From IMG/VR virus record IMGVR_UViG_3300028797_000143, positions 24,862 through 88,861 of that record: a stretch of DNA of 64,000 bases, one strand, 5' to 3'. The position numbers were made by a program, and so were the translations under genes. A model generated the notes under the pieces. That model was given only the letters and a program-made list of their open reading frames with translations. It had not been told where the DNA came from and did not search any database. Within the stretch, counting starts at the first letter, position 1. Each line of letters opens with the position of its first letter. Positions 47,145 through 56,540 of this stretch are shown in pieces. The DNA comes from a virus. Taxonomy: Duplodnaviria > Caudoviricetes.

Positions 47145-48337
47145 TGGAAAGACTATTTACAAGTGAGAGTGTGTCCGAGGGGCACCCTGACAAAGTTGCC
47201 GACCAGATCAGCGACGCAATCCTTGATGCGTGCCTTGAACAGGATAGGGATTCCCATGTTGCCGTAGAGACTATGGTCACCACAGGGCAGGTCATTGTGG
47301 CAGGCGAGGTGATGTCAAAGTCCTATGTGGATATACCCTCAGTGGTAAGGAAGACGATAAGGAGAATCGGGTACACGAAGCCTGAGTACGGTTTTGAGGC
47401 TGATTCCTGCGGAGTACTCACTGCCATTCATGAGCAGTCCCCGGATATAGACATGGGTGTAAGCAGGGAAGAGGAGCGCATGCAAGGTGCAGGCGACCAA
47501 GGCATCATGTTCGGATATGCCACCAATGAAACAGAAACCTTCATGCCCGTAGAGCACTTTCTATCCACACTCATTATGAAGACTCTCTCGGATATCCGTA
47601 AGGAGGGAGTCGTGATGAAATACCTACGACCCGATGCCAAGAGTCAGGTGACTGTGGAATACCAAAATGGGAAGCCCTATAGAATCAGAACCATTGTCGT
47701 ATCAACCCAGCATGACGAGTTCGCATCGGATAAGACTATGCAGCAGATCGTCGAGAAGGACGTCAAGGATATTCTCATTCCTACTGTTATTGGCCGCATC
47801 AATAAAGATTCTGTTAAAAGAATGTTTGTAGATGGTATCAAGTATCATGTCAACCCTACGGGTAAGTTCGTCATCGGAGGCCCTGCAGGTGATACAGGTC
47901 TCACGGGAAGAAAGATTATCGTGGACTCCTATGGAGGCCGTGCCGCTCATGGCGGGGGTGCATACTCGGGCAAGGACAGCTCCAAGGTAGATCGCTCCGC
48001 AGCCTATGCCGCACGCCATATCGCAAAGAACCTTGTGGCCAGAGGCTATGCTGACAAGATGCAAATACAACTGTCCTATGCTATCGGCGTTGCGGAGCCT
48101 GTAAGCATCTGTGTTGACACCTATGGAACGCTGCATAAAGGTTATAAGGGCGAGACCAGCGATGAAGCCATTGCAGAGTTTATCCGTGATAGGTTTGACC
48201 TCTCGCCTTATGGCATAGAGCAGTTGTTACACCTAAAGAATCCTATCTACGAGCCGACGGCTGCTTATGGACACTTCGGACGAGAGCCTTATGTGGAGAA
48301 CGGCATTGAGTTCTTCCCGTGGGAAAGAATATTATAA
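47144..48337 (+). CDS. metK: S-adenosylmethionine synthetase
   Basis: [42 protein letters not shown]. Confidence 0.97.
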   Translation: MERLFTSESVSEGHPDKVADQISDAILDACLEQDRDSHVAVETMVTTGQVIVAGEVMSKSYVDIPSVVRKTIRRIGYTKPEYGFEADSCGVLTAIHEQSPDIDMGVSREEERMQGAGDQGIMFGYATNETETFMPVEHFLSTLIMKTLSDIRKEGVVMKYLRPDAKSQVTVEYQNGKPYRIRTIVVSTQHDEFASDKTMQQIVEKDVKDILIPTVIGRINKDSVKRMFVDGIKYHVNPTGKFVIGGPAGDTGLTGRKIIVDSYGGRAAHGGGAYSGKDSSKVDRSAAYAARHIAKNLVARGYADKMQIQLSYAIGVAEPVSICVDTYGTLHKGYKGETSDEAIAEFIRDRFDLSPYGIEQLLHLKNPIYEPTAAYGHFGREPYVENGIEFFPWERIL

Positions 48338-48366
48338 TACATATATAGTTACCAAAAAGAAATGTT

Positions 48367-48801
48367 ATGAGTAGAGGAAAACGATTCACAGAACAGGAGC
48401 TTGCGTACATCAAGGTTCACTCTCAGGATATGTCTATCAAGGAGATGGCGACGGCTCTTGGACGTAATTATTGGTCAATCCAAAGGGTCATGCAAGCCAA
48501 GACCGCCGAGGATTTGACCGATAAGCAGAAGCGCCAGATTGATGAGATGAAGGAAGAGAAGAACATCTTCCAGATTGCAAAGGCGATAGGTGTCAGCTAT
48601 GCCGCCGTGAACGGGTATCTCAGCAAGCGTATCAACGTAAGGCAGAACCACATGTTCACTGCTGATGAAGATTTCATCATTCGGCAGATGTATCCCACCT
48701 TTAGGATAAGCCTTATCGCCACGAAGCTTGGCGTTACGGAAGAGCAGGTCTACAACAGGGCCAAGAAGCTCGGACTAAGAAAGAATCGTAGGAGTGTTTA
48801 A
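48367..48801 (+). CDS. protein with three tandem HTH-like repeats (possible late regulator)
   Basis: FTEQE...IKEMATALGRNYWSI; IFQIAKAIGVSYAAV; FTADED...IATKLGVTEEQV. Confidence 0.65.
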   Translation: MSRGKRFTEQELAYIKVHSQDMSIKEMATALGRNYWSIQRVMQAKTAEDLTDKQKRQIDEMKEEKNIFQIAKAIGVSYAAVNGYLSKRINVRQNHMFTADEDFIIRQMYPTFRISLIATKLGVTEEQVYNRAKKLGLRKNRRSV

Positions 48802-48832
48802 GTAAAGGCCGTGAGGTCTGTTGCCATGTGAT

Positions 48833-48864
48833 GAGGGGCGGCTGCATGTTGCGGTCGCCCTTTT
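48833..48864 (+). terminator. intrinsic terminator
   Basis: GGGCGGC...GTCGCCC stem followed by TTTT. Confidence 0.65.
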
Positions 48865-49013
48865 ATTGTTAAATATGTTTAATCATTTGAATATTTTGCT
48901 TTTGCTTATTCGATGATTGAATAATAATCTTACTTTTGCCCTGTCTTTCAGCGATTCATCGTATTGGGAACTTGCACACGATTGTTTCACTACATAATCA
49001 AAAACAAGAATCG

Positions 49014-49763
49014 ATGAAAATTGAAATGACAAAGGTACTGGAGTACCTGAAACCCAAAGTGAAGGCGTTGGGGTTCAAGAAAGAAATCTTAGAGGGTATT
49101 GCTGCAGACATCGCCGATAACCTCGAAGAAGTCGACGATGAAGCCTCCGATGAGGACGTTAACGCAAAGATCAAACCAGCGGTTGATGCGGTAATCCCCT
49201 CTCTCAAACTTGCCCAGCGGTTGACGAATCAAGGTATTGAGGAGTTCCGCAAGAAGCAGGAAAAGGCTAATGAGCAGAAACCTGAGCAGAAGCCCGAGGA
49301 GAAACCCGAGCAGAAGCCAGAAGAGAAGCCCAGTAGCGACCCTCCCCAGAAGAAAGACCCGGAAGAGCAGCCTGCGTGGTTGAAGCAGTTCATCGAGGCC
49401 AGCAATGCCCAGATGAAAAAGCAGACAGAGCTCATTGAGTCACTTCAGTCCGAGATTACGGGCATGAAGACCAAGAGCACCACGGAGAAGCGTCGGGCTC
49501 TCCTTGAAGACCTTTTGAAGGATACGGGTACCTTTGGTAAGCGTACCTTGAAGAGCTTCGAGAAGATGTCTTTCGAGACCGATGCCGACTTCGACGAGTT
49601 CGTTTCCGATGTCAAGGAGGATTTGGAGCAGCTGAACCAGGAGCGCGCAGATGAAGGTCTTGCCAAGTTCGGTGCGCCGCAGGTGGAGCCCAAGAAGGAA
49701 GAGCCTGCCAAGCCGAAGACTCTCACCGACGCGGAGCTGGAAGAGCTGGCCGCAAACCTGTAA
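49014..49763 (+). CDS. head scaffolding protein
   Basis: Charged, with KPEQ/KPEE repeats, upstream of capsid genes. Confidence 0.7.
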   Translation: MKIEMTKVLEYLKPKVKALGFKKEILEGIAADIADNLEEVDDEASDEDVNAKIKPAVDAVIPSLKLAQRLTNQGIEEFRKKQEKANEQKPEQKPEEKPEQKPEEKPSSDPPQKKDPEEQPAWLKQFIEASNAQMKKQTELIESLQSEITGMKTKSTTEKRRALLEDLLKDTGTFGKRTLKSFEKMSFETDADFDEFVSDVKEDLEQLNQERADEGLAKFGAPQVEPKKEEPAKPKTLTDAELEELAANL

Positions 49764-49784
49764 CAAACAAAACAAGTCACAACT

Positions 49785-50177
49785 ATGAGTCAGATTGACC
49801 TTGGTTACACGAAAGAGATTCTTTCTGGACCTGAATCCATCGTCATCCGTAACCACGAGGATGGCATCAAGGGTGGCAAGGTGCTTGACATGACAGGTTT
49901 CACTCCTGAGGTTTTGAAGACAGGTCATGTCATCATCAAGAGCGACACCGAAGTGTATAAGCCCATGCCCGTGAATGGCGACGTTTACGATTCGCTGCCT
50001 GCAAACCACAGCTATGTGGGTATCTGTATCACCACTACGGAGTGGAAGAAGGAGGGCTCGCTGGTCGGCATCATGACCGCAGGTGAGTTCAACGATGTCG
50101 CCGCTCCCTACGACTTCTCTACCATCGCGTCCGCTTTCAAGGCCGCTGTTCCCACCATCCGTTTTGACCACGATTAA
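49785..50177 (+). CDS. head decoration protein (putative)
   Basis: 130 aa between scaffold and major capsid gene. Confidence 0.6.
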   Translation: MSQIDLGYTKEILSGPESIVIRNHEDGIKGGKVLDMTGFTPEVLKTGHVIIKSDTEVYKPMPVNGDVYDSLPANHSYVGICITTTEWKKEGSLVGIMTAGEFNDVAAPYDFSTIASAFKAAVPTIRFDHD

Positions 50178-50190
50178 ACTTTAAGACATT

Positions 50191-51756
50191 ATGAACCAGT
50201 CATTATTTATCCAGTATGTACTCTCGTTCTTCCCGGTCTTGAAGACCTTGATCGAGAAAATCAACGGTAAGCGTGCGAACCAGCTGACTTACCTGCACAA
50301 GGACACGAGTATCCTTCGTCGCGTGTACTCTCCCGACAACAAGTGGGAGGCTGACACCCTGAACCTGACGTATGTCGCTGCAGACTACGTGTCTCTCGAC
50401 TCCCCGCTGCCCCTTAAGGCCCGCGACACTATCTCCCAGAGTGGTGGTAAGCTGCCCAAGGTTGGTATCAAGCGTTTCCTGAAGGAGTCCGAGATTAACG
50501 CCCTCAACGTCATGGAGGCACAGGGTGGACAGGAAGCAGAGATTCGCCGTCGTCTCGTACAGGACCCCGTGTTCTGTTCTACGGGTATCGACGAGCAGAA
50601 TGAGTTTGCCTTCCTCTTCGGTTTCTCCAATGGTTACGTAGCCGTCAAGGATGAGGACACCCCCGACGCTCTCCTGCGTATCAAGTTCAACTATCCTGAG
50701 CGCAACCAGTTCGGTATCGCCGATGCCGCCGCTGGTCTCACCGTAGAGGACTTGAAGTATATGAAGGAGAAGGCTGACGACCACGGCGACACCATCATCA
50801 CCTTCTGGATTGCCAAGAGCACATATGACAAGCTTCGCAAGACAGACAGCGCCAAGATTCTCGTTGCCAACTACAACGGTCAGTCCTACACCAGCGTTTC
50901 CAACCTCCCCGTTCCTACGGCCAGCCGATTCAACGAGGCCTTCCAGGACGAGACAGGTGCGAACTTCCAGGTCATCGACCGCTCCGTTATCAAGGAGAAG
51001 AATGGTGTCCGCAACAGCGTGAAGCCTTGGAATGCCAATATGGTCATCGGTGTTTGCTCTACCATGGTGGGTGCTCTCGTCTACGGACGTCTCGCCGAGC
51101 AGTCCAACCCCGTCCCCGGTGTGCAGTATCAGACCATCGACACCTACAAGCTCATCGCCAAGTTCTCGAAGACCGATCCTCTTCTGGAGGCTACCACGGG
51201 TCAGGCATACGTACTACCCGTCATCGAGAATGTCGACCAAGTCTATCAGCTTGACGTCACCAAGGTACAGGTCGTCGATGAGGATGCCGAGGAAGCTGAC
51301 ACTACCGACGCCTACGTAACTGTATGGGGTCATAAGTATGTGAAGAGCGAGTTCGTCACCGCCCTCAATAGCATCGCAGGCACCAACCTGCCCGCTAACA
51401 CCTCTGACGCCAATATCATCAAGGCCGTCAACAAGCTCAGCGTCGCAAAGACGAACGCTTTGAAGGAGGCTGTGGTGTATATGCCCGAGGTTGACCCCGT
51501 AGAGCTGAACTTCGCCAAGACCGCCGACACTACGGGTAAGACCTCCACAGTTGACACCAACGATGCGACGAACGTTCCGAGCGTAGCTTCCGAGCAGGCG
51601 TGGATTACCCCCACCTACTCCTCGACGACGAAGAAGGTCACTGTGAAGGTTGCCGCCAATGATGGCGTGAGTGCTCCTGCACGTACAGGTAGCGTCACCG
51701 TCACCGTGGGCACCAAGACCGCTACCATCACTGTGAAACAGGCCGCTAACGAGTAA
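50191..51756 (+). CDS. major capsid protein with C-terminal BACON-like domain
   Basis: Position; ends AWITP...VKVAAN...ARTGSVTVTVG...TITVKQ. Confidence 0.75.
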   Translation: MNQSLFIQYVLSFFPVLKTLIEKINGKRANQLTYLHKDTSILRRVYSPDNKWEADTLNLTYVAADYVSLDSPLPLKARDTISQSGGKLPKVGIKRFLKESEINALNVMEAQGGQEAEIRRRLVQDPVFCSTGIDEQNEFAFLFGFSNGYVAVKDEDTPDALLRIKFNYPERNQFGIADAAAGLTVEDLKYMKEKADDHGDTIITFWIAKSTYDKLRKTDSAKILVANYNGQSYTSVSNLPVPTASRFNEAFQDETGANFQVIDRSVIKEKNGVRNSVKPWNANMVIGVCSTMVGALVYGRLAEQSNPVPGVQYQTIDTYKLIAKFSKTDPLLEATTGQAYVLPVIENVDQVYQLDVTKVQVVDEDAEEADTTDAYVTVWGHKYVKSEFVTALNSIAGTNLPANTSDANIIKAVNKLSVAKTNALKEAVVYMPEVDPVELNFAKTADTTGKTSTVDTNDATNVPSVASEQAWITPTYSSTTKKVTVKVAANDGVSAPARTGSVTVTVGTKTATITVKQAANE

Positions 51757-51761
51757 TCACT

Positions 51762-52091
51762 ATGAAGACAGTCATCCAAGCACTCCTCGATGAGGTATTC
51801 TACCCCATACCACGGGGTAAGGCAGAGAACATCTGCATAAGGCGCGGTTTGAACGGCGAAGAGCCCTTCAACGCTGAAAGAGCATCTTCTAATGCCTATA
51901 AGGGAGCCTTGGCTGACTGTCTTTACTCTCTCATTCAGGCTATCACCTTCTCGGAGGCGGGAATGTCGGTAGGAGCGCTTACCGATGCCCAGAGGAAGGC
52001 GATTCTGAAACAGATGAACGGATTATATGACGAGATTGGTGAGGAACCGAAAGACGATGGTGCCACGCCGACCGTTTACATCAACTGCTGA
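51762..52091 (+). CDS. head-tail adaptor (putative)
   Basis: Size and position after capsid gene. Confidence 0.55.
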   Translation: MKTVIQALLDEVFYPIPRGKAENICIRRGLNGEEPFNAERASSNAYKGALADCLYSLIQAITFSEAGMSVGALTDAQRKAILKQMNGLYDEIGEEPKDDGATPTVYINC

Positions 52092-52093
52092 GT

Positions 52094-52426
52094 ATGGGAG
52101 TATTGGACTTCACCGCGTATGAGCTGCACCGCCTCAAAGAGGCAGAGGGCTACTATGACGATGATGGTATCTACCATGACGCGGAAGACAAATGGATTTG
52201 CATGGGCAAATGTAACGCCCAGCAGTCAGGAGGCTACCGCGTCATAGGACTCCCCGACGGCAGTACAGAGACGTATTCGTTCACTATTATCGTCCATAAC
52301 CCGCACTGCCGCGAGTTCAAGTACGGAGAGAGGATAAAGCTCACCACCATGCGTGGAAGGGAAGAAGTCCCCTTGACCGTGAAGGGCTTTTCAAGACATT
52401 ACAACTTCTGTAAGATTTATGCGTGA
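52094..52426 (+). CDS. head closure protein (putative)
   Basis: Size and position. Confidence 0.5.
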   Translation: MGVLDFTAYELHRLKEAEGYYDDDGIYHDAEDKWICMGKCNAQQSGGYRVIGLPDGSTETYSFTIIVHNPHCREFKYGERIKLTTMRGREEVPLTVKGFSRHYNFCKIYA

Positions 52427-52908
52427 TGGGCATAGAGTGCAAGACACCGAAAGGTGCTATTGACGATTTCTTGAAGAGGGCTGCAAGCCTTATAGAGAGA
52501 TATATGCTCACGGCGCTAACGAAGCTTGGGGAGGAGTGTGTCGTGAGAGTCCGAAATCGCAGCGCTTCGGAGAGTTGGATAGACCACACGGGAAACCTCA
52601 GAAGCTCCATAGGATACTCCGTATACCTGTATGGCTTGAAGTACATGGAATCTTCATTCGGTACGGTCTTGGGAGGTACGAAGGGAAGCAATGAGGGTCG
52701 GCGCATGGTCAATGACCTCGCAAAGGAATACTCAAATGTATTCGCGCTGGTTGTTGTAGCAGGCATGGACTACGCCGACAAGGTGGAGGCGCTATCGAGC
52801 AAGGACGTTTTGGAATCGACGAGAATCTGGGCTCAGTCTGTCGTTGACGAGAGGCTGAACCGCGCCAAGGAGGAGGCGATAAAGGTCATCAACAGTTGGA
52901 AGATATGA
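52426..52908 (+). CDS. neck / tail completion protein (HK97 gp10-like)
   Basis: WIDHTGNLRSSIGY, GMDYADKVE. Confidence 0.7.
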   Translation: MGIECKTPKGAIDDFLKRAASLIERYMLTALTKLGEECVVRVRNRSASESWIDHTGNLRSSIGYSVYLYGLKYMESSFGTVLGGTKGSNEGRRMVNDLAKEYSNVFALVVVAGMDYADKVEALSSKDVLESTRIWAQSVVDERLNRAKEEAIKVINSWKI

Positions 52909-53303
52909 AGAGCGATATTGAAATAAAGATGGATGTCTTCGACCACATCAAGGGGTCGGAACTCGCAAGCGAGGTCACGGGTGTTGTCCGTCATACGGGC
53001 AAGCGTCCCAAGGGCTCCAAGAAGGAGGACATCATGATTTCGATGCTCGCCAACCAGAACGGCCAGATACAGACGGCAAGCGTGAATGTCAACATCTACG
53101 TAGCTGCAAATATCGTGGACGGGCAGGCTGAGGAGCAGACGCTCAGACTGAAGACGCTGTGTAACCTTGCATCAACCCTGTTTGAGGTATTCAGAGGCAA
53201 TGACTTCAGGGCGACGCTCTTGGAACAGCGCGTCTTAGAGGTTCCAGAAGCCGACGAGTACGTTATCAACAATAAAATAGAGTACAAACAAGTAAACGAA
53301 TAA
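52905..53303 (+). CDS. tail terminator protein (putative)
   Basis: Position before major tail gene; VNVNIYV. Confidence 0.55.
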   Translation: MKSDIEIKMDVFDHIKGSELASEVTGVVRHTGKRPKGSKKEDIMISMLANQNGQIQTASVNVNIYVAANIVDGQAEEQTLRLKTLCNLASTLFEVFRGNDFRATLLEQRVLEVPEADEYVINNKIEYKQVNE

Positions 53304-53307
53304 GACA

Positions 53308-54024
53308 ATGGCTAAAATTCCTTGGGGTAAACCCCGTCTGTTTGCGTTCAACGCCGACGTTATAGGCTCCAATGCCTATGAGCTTCCCACCCCCGTAGAG
53401 GACAGCACCGAACTGACACCCACCAAGGGTGACAAGCTGGAGGCCAAGATCGAGGGCGGTGAGAACGAGGACGTGAAGTACAAGCGTTCCACCTATGCCC
53501 TTGCTTTCAATATCCGCAAGGCCAAGGGCCGCAAGCCTCCCTTCCCCTCCCGCGATGGTGTCGTCAACGACCACTATGGTATCCTCCTGATGCCCGAAGA
53601 CCCCTCCACCGAGGGCTTCCTCATCGAGAGCAACACCGTAGGCATCGACGATACCTTCACCGCCGCCGATGGTGCCATCTGGGCATGCCAGGCCGACGCC
53701 GTAGCAGCTGAGGAGGGTGACACCGTGAAGTGGGGTACCGTGGCGCTGAGTGACGGCAACCTGACGTTCACGGAGCGTTCCTCGTCAGGTCTCACTCCTT
53801 ACACACGCACATGGACTCTCGACAACACCGCACAGGAAGGTGTCGCTGCAGGTGCTCCCGCCGCCGTGGATACGTACACGGAGGTCAAGCATCCGACAGG
53901 TAACCCGGCACTGAAGAACTACTACGAGCGTAGTGGTGCTGGCACAACGGAGAGCCCGTACGTCTATACCCTGTCAACGGATACCACCGTAAACAATTCG
54001 AAGACGTACTACGTGAAGGATTAA
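53308..54024 (+). CDS. major tail (tube) protein with C-terminal extension
   Basis: Position; Thr-rich extension (YYE...Y.LSTDTTV...KTYY). Confidence 0.65.
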   Translation: MAKIPWGKPRLFAFNADVIGSNAYELPTPVEDSTELTPTKGDKLEAKIEGGENEDVKYKRSTYALAFNIRKAKGRKPPFPSRDGVVNDHYGILLMPEDPSTEGFLIESNTVGIDDTFTAADGAIWACQADAVAAEEGDTVKWGTVALSDGNLTFTERSSSGLTPYTRTWTLDNTAQEGVAAGAPAAVDTYTEVKHPTGNPALKNYYERSGAGTTESPYVYTLSTDTTVNNSKTYYVKD

Positions 54025-54035
54025 ACGTACGCGCT

Positions 54036-54119
54036 GGGTGCGGTATGGCCGCTAAGGAGTCCTTATCCGAGGGTTCGCATAGCAAAGGATTCCGAAGAGT
54101 CTGGTAGCGCAGACCGCCC
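54036..54119 (+). ncRNA. candidate multi-stem structured RNA upstream of the tRNA-like element
   Basis: GGGTGCGG/CCGCCC, GGAGTCCT/AGGATTCC and TCTG/CAGA pairings in a non-coding gap. Confidence 0.4.
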
Positions 54120-54126
54120 AAACCAT

Positions 54127-54208
54127 GCTTCTGTAGCTTAGTGGCAGAGCATCCGATGTTCCTGACAGATCTGTCGGAAGGTTGCAGGTTCGATTCCTGC
54201 CAGAAGCA
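54127..54208 (+). tRNA. tRNA-like RNA with a 17-nt anticodon loop (no assignable anticodon)
   Basis: Acceptor GCTTCTG/CAGAAGC, D-arm GCTT/GAGC, stem TCCGA/TCGGA, T-arm GCAGG-TTCGATT-CCTGC; no encoded CCA. Confidence 0.75.
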
Positions 54209-54229
54209 CACACACTAAAAACATCTATT

Positions 54230-54669
54230 ATGAGAAGTATCATCGGTTTAACAGGGTTGCCATCCTCGCGCTGCTGTGCGTGTTTATGGAGAGCTGCACG
54301 CAGTGTACGAACAACGGTTACGTAGATTCCATTCAGTACTCTCTCACAGCTGACGGCCATGCCGACGGGCAGCTCGGAGTAGAGTTCCCTAACGGGAAGT
54401 TTCAGTCCAACGGCGACGTAGACCTGCTGTTTGAGATTGAAAATGACACCACAAAGCTATTATCCTCTGGCCTCACATTGGAGAAAGGCCTCGCCGCTAA
54501 TGACCTCAAAGAACGCGAGGCGGCAGAGAAGGTGTCCGACGAACTCGGTAAGATAACCATCACAAGCCTTGACGGACATTATCTCGTACACCTCAAAGGC
54601 TATGCCAAGGAGCCCGTCACGGGATTGGTGTTCATGATTGACAAGACATATACAAACCTGCCTCAGTAA
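54230..54669 (+). CDS. probable lipoprotein; ATG at 54230 is out of frame with the signal peptide (in-frame GTG at 54280)
   Basis: Frame of 54280 extends upstream as KYHRFNRVAILALLCVFMESC. Confidence 0.55.
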
Positions 54670-55385
54670 TGGACAATACATCTGCCATAGAACAAGGCCT
54701 TGCTGATGCCGTTATGGGGCGACCATACGGCTTCTCAGTAGGAGGAAAGCATTTCTTCCTCTATCCTATCACGATGGGGAAGATGTTCCTCCTACAGAGG
54801 CAGGTGGATGCCCTCGGTGTGAAAGCCGAGAACATTCAGGTAGATGTCTCCATAGAGGCCCTGCGTCTCGCGAAAGAGAAACAGGATGAATGCCTCACCA
54901 TCATAGCCTATCATACCTGTAAAACACCAGAGGAAATCTTCGACAATGCTCTAATAGTAGAGAAAAAGAACCTCTTCCGAAACGAGATGTCACAGGAGGA
55001 TATAGCAGCCCTCATGATCCTCGTACTCACCATGGACAAGACATCGACCTTCATGACACACCTGAAAATAGACCAGGAGCATGATAAGATGGCAAGAGCC
55101 ATGAAGATTAAGGAGTCCAAGAACAGCCTCGTATTCGGAGGAAAGAGTGTATATGGTACACTTATAGATGCCGCCTGCGAGAGATACGGGTGGACGAAAG
55201 AGTACGTGGTATGGGGCATAGACTACACCTCACTGAGACTGATGCTGGCAGATAAGGTAAACTCGGTGTACTTCACGGATGATGAGCTGAAGAAACTGCC
55301 TGCATCGGTACGGAACAACAACGAAGACATTATACGACCAACAAAGGAGAATATGGAGAGGATTCTATCTATGAATTGGAAATAA
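54669..55385 (+). CDS. tail assembly chaperone-like protein
   Basis: Position after tube gene; ACERYGWTKEYVVWGI motif. Confidence 0.55.
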   Translation: MDNTSAIEQGLADAVMGRPYGFSVGGKHFFLYPITMGKMFLLQRQVDALGVKAENIQVDVSIEALRLAKEKQDECLTIIAYHTCKTPEEIFDNALIVEKKNLFRNEMSQEDIAALMILVLTMDKTSTFMTHLKIDQEHDKMARAMKIKESKNSLVFGGKSVYGTLIDAACERYGWTKEYVVWGIDYTSLRLMLADKVNSVYFTDDELKKLPASVRNNNEDIIRPTKENMERILSMNWK

Positions 55386-55420
55386 GGCGAACAATAGCGA
55401 ATGCTTTTTTTGGATGAATT

Positions 55421-55458
55421 GAGAGAAGAGCTTCTGCGTGAGCAGCGGCTCTTTTCAT
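55421..55458 (+). terminator. intrinsic terminator
   Basis: GAGAAGAGC-TTCTGC-GTGA-GCAG-CG-GCTCTTTTC. Confidence 0.6.
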
Positions 55459-55580
55459 AATTCTTCGACCTCTAACGCACGCGGGAATATAAAAGCGTTA
55501 AATAGATGAAAATATTTGCATATTATTTGCATATTTCTTGATATATCAATACCTTTGTGGCGAACAAAACAATTTATCCA

Positions 55581-56321
55581 ATGGCAAGCGAATTGATAGA
55601 AGTATTCGGCTCGGGGACGTCCTTGACGAAGGACTGCCCAGCAGAGACGCTGAGAGCGTATTTCCAACATGTATTGATACTCTATAAGGGAGGGGAGGCA
55701 TACCCCGTGAACCTCGATGATGTGTGGATGCTCGTGTACTCTGCCAAGAACAAGGCCACGCGGGCTTTGAGAAGGGACTTTATAGAAGGAGAAGACTTCA
55801 TCACCGTGACCATTCCGGGTCAGGGTGGTCAATTCGGAAGAACGGACTATAAGCTTTCTACGGCTTGCTTCGAGTACTTCATTGCCCGTAAGGTAAGAGA
55901 GGTCTTCGAGGTCTATAGGACGGTCTTCAAGAAGGTTGCCACGGGAGAGGTGAGGGTAGCCCCTAAGACGCAGGCAGAGATGCTTCTCATGTACGCCCAG
56001 CAGCTTGTGGAGAACGAGCAGAGGGTAGCGGCCTTGGAGAATAAGCAACAGGAGATAGAGGAGAAGGTCGGCGAGATCGCCAAGAGAACGAAGACGGAGG
56101 TGCAATACTCTACCATCGTAGGCTTCGCCAAGAGATTCGGAATTGACCTCCCACTGCAGAAAGCTGCTACGTTGGGAACTGTCTCCAAGAATCTGTGTCG
56201 GCAGTATCAGTTGGAGATGGGCACCTTCCCCGACCCGCGCTTCGGAAGCGTAAGGACATACCCAGACAGCGTGCTCTATGATACCTTCGAGAAGTATTAC
56301 CCTAACGTGAGGTTCAGATGA
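55581..56321 (+). CDS. AntA/AntB-like antirepressor
   Basis: YPVNLDDVW, RDFIEGEDF, DYKLSTACFEYFIARK, APKTQAEMLL; promoter TTTG 55526 / TACCTTTG 55550. Confidence 0.75.
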   Translation: MASELIEVFGSGTSLTKDCPAETLRAYFQHVLILYKGGEAYPVNLDDVWMLVYSAKNKATRALRRDFIEGEDFITVTIPGQGGQFGRTDYKLSTACFEYFIARKVREVFEVYRTVFKKVATGEVRVAPKTQAEMLLMYAQQLVENEQRVAALENKQQEIEEKVGEIAKRTKTEVQYSTIVGFAKRFGIDLPLQKAATLGTVSKNLCRQYQLEMGTFPDPRFGSVRTYPDSVLYDTFEKYYPNVRFR

Positions 56322-56485
56322 GACGGAAGAAGGTCTATATCGATGAGTTGCCCGAGTGTTGCTACACATGCAGGCACTACTCACCGAGGCATGGCAAGAA
56401 AGCCATGGGATATTGTATGAAATGGTATAAGGAGAGAAAAGCATCCGATAAATGCGGCTCATTCAAATCAAAGATGAATAGTTAG
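56318..56485 (+). CDS. small Cys-rich protein (55 aa, below cutoff)
   Basis: MRRKKVY...CCYTCRHY...C...C; ATGA overlap. Confidence 0.5.
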   Translation: MRRKKVYIDELPECCYTCRHYSPRHGKKAMGYCMKWYKERKASDKCGSFKSKMNS

Positions 56486-56503
56486 TAGTTAGGTTAGTTT
56501 CGA

Positions 56504-56535
56504 AGACCCGCCGTCGTGAGATGTTGGGTCTTTTT
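56504..56535 (+). terminator. intrinsic terminator with CGTCGTGAGA loop
   Basis: AAGACCC...GGGTCTT followed by T-run. Confidence 0.65.
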
Positions 56536-56540
56536 AATAT

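Noticed and set aside
54052-54360. Minus-strand ORFs 54052-54360 and 53885-54211
   Set aside because: They are translations of the reverse of the tRNA-like and structured RNA region (RNRTCNL/QESNL pattern typical of tRNA antisense).
55455-56462. 335-aa minus-strand ORF
   Set aside because: It is the shadow of the AntA-like gene and has no recognisable motifs; the same applies to other long antisense ORFs such as 8535-9221, 39625-40395 and 49440-50171.
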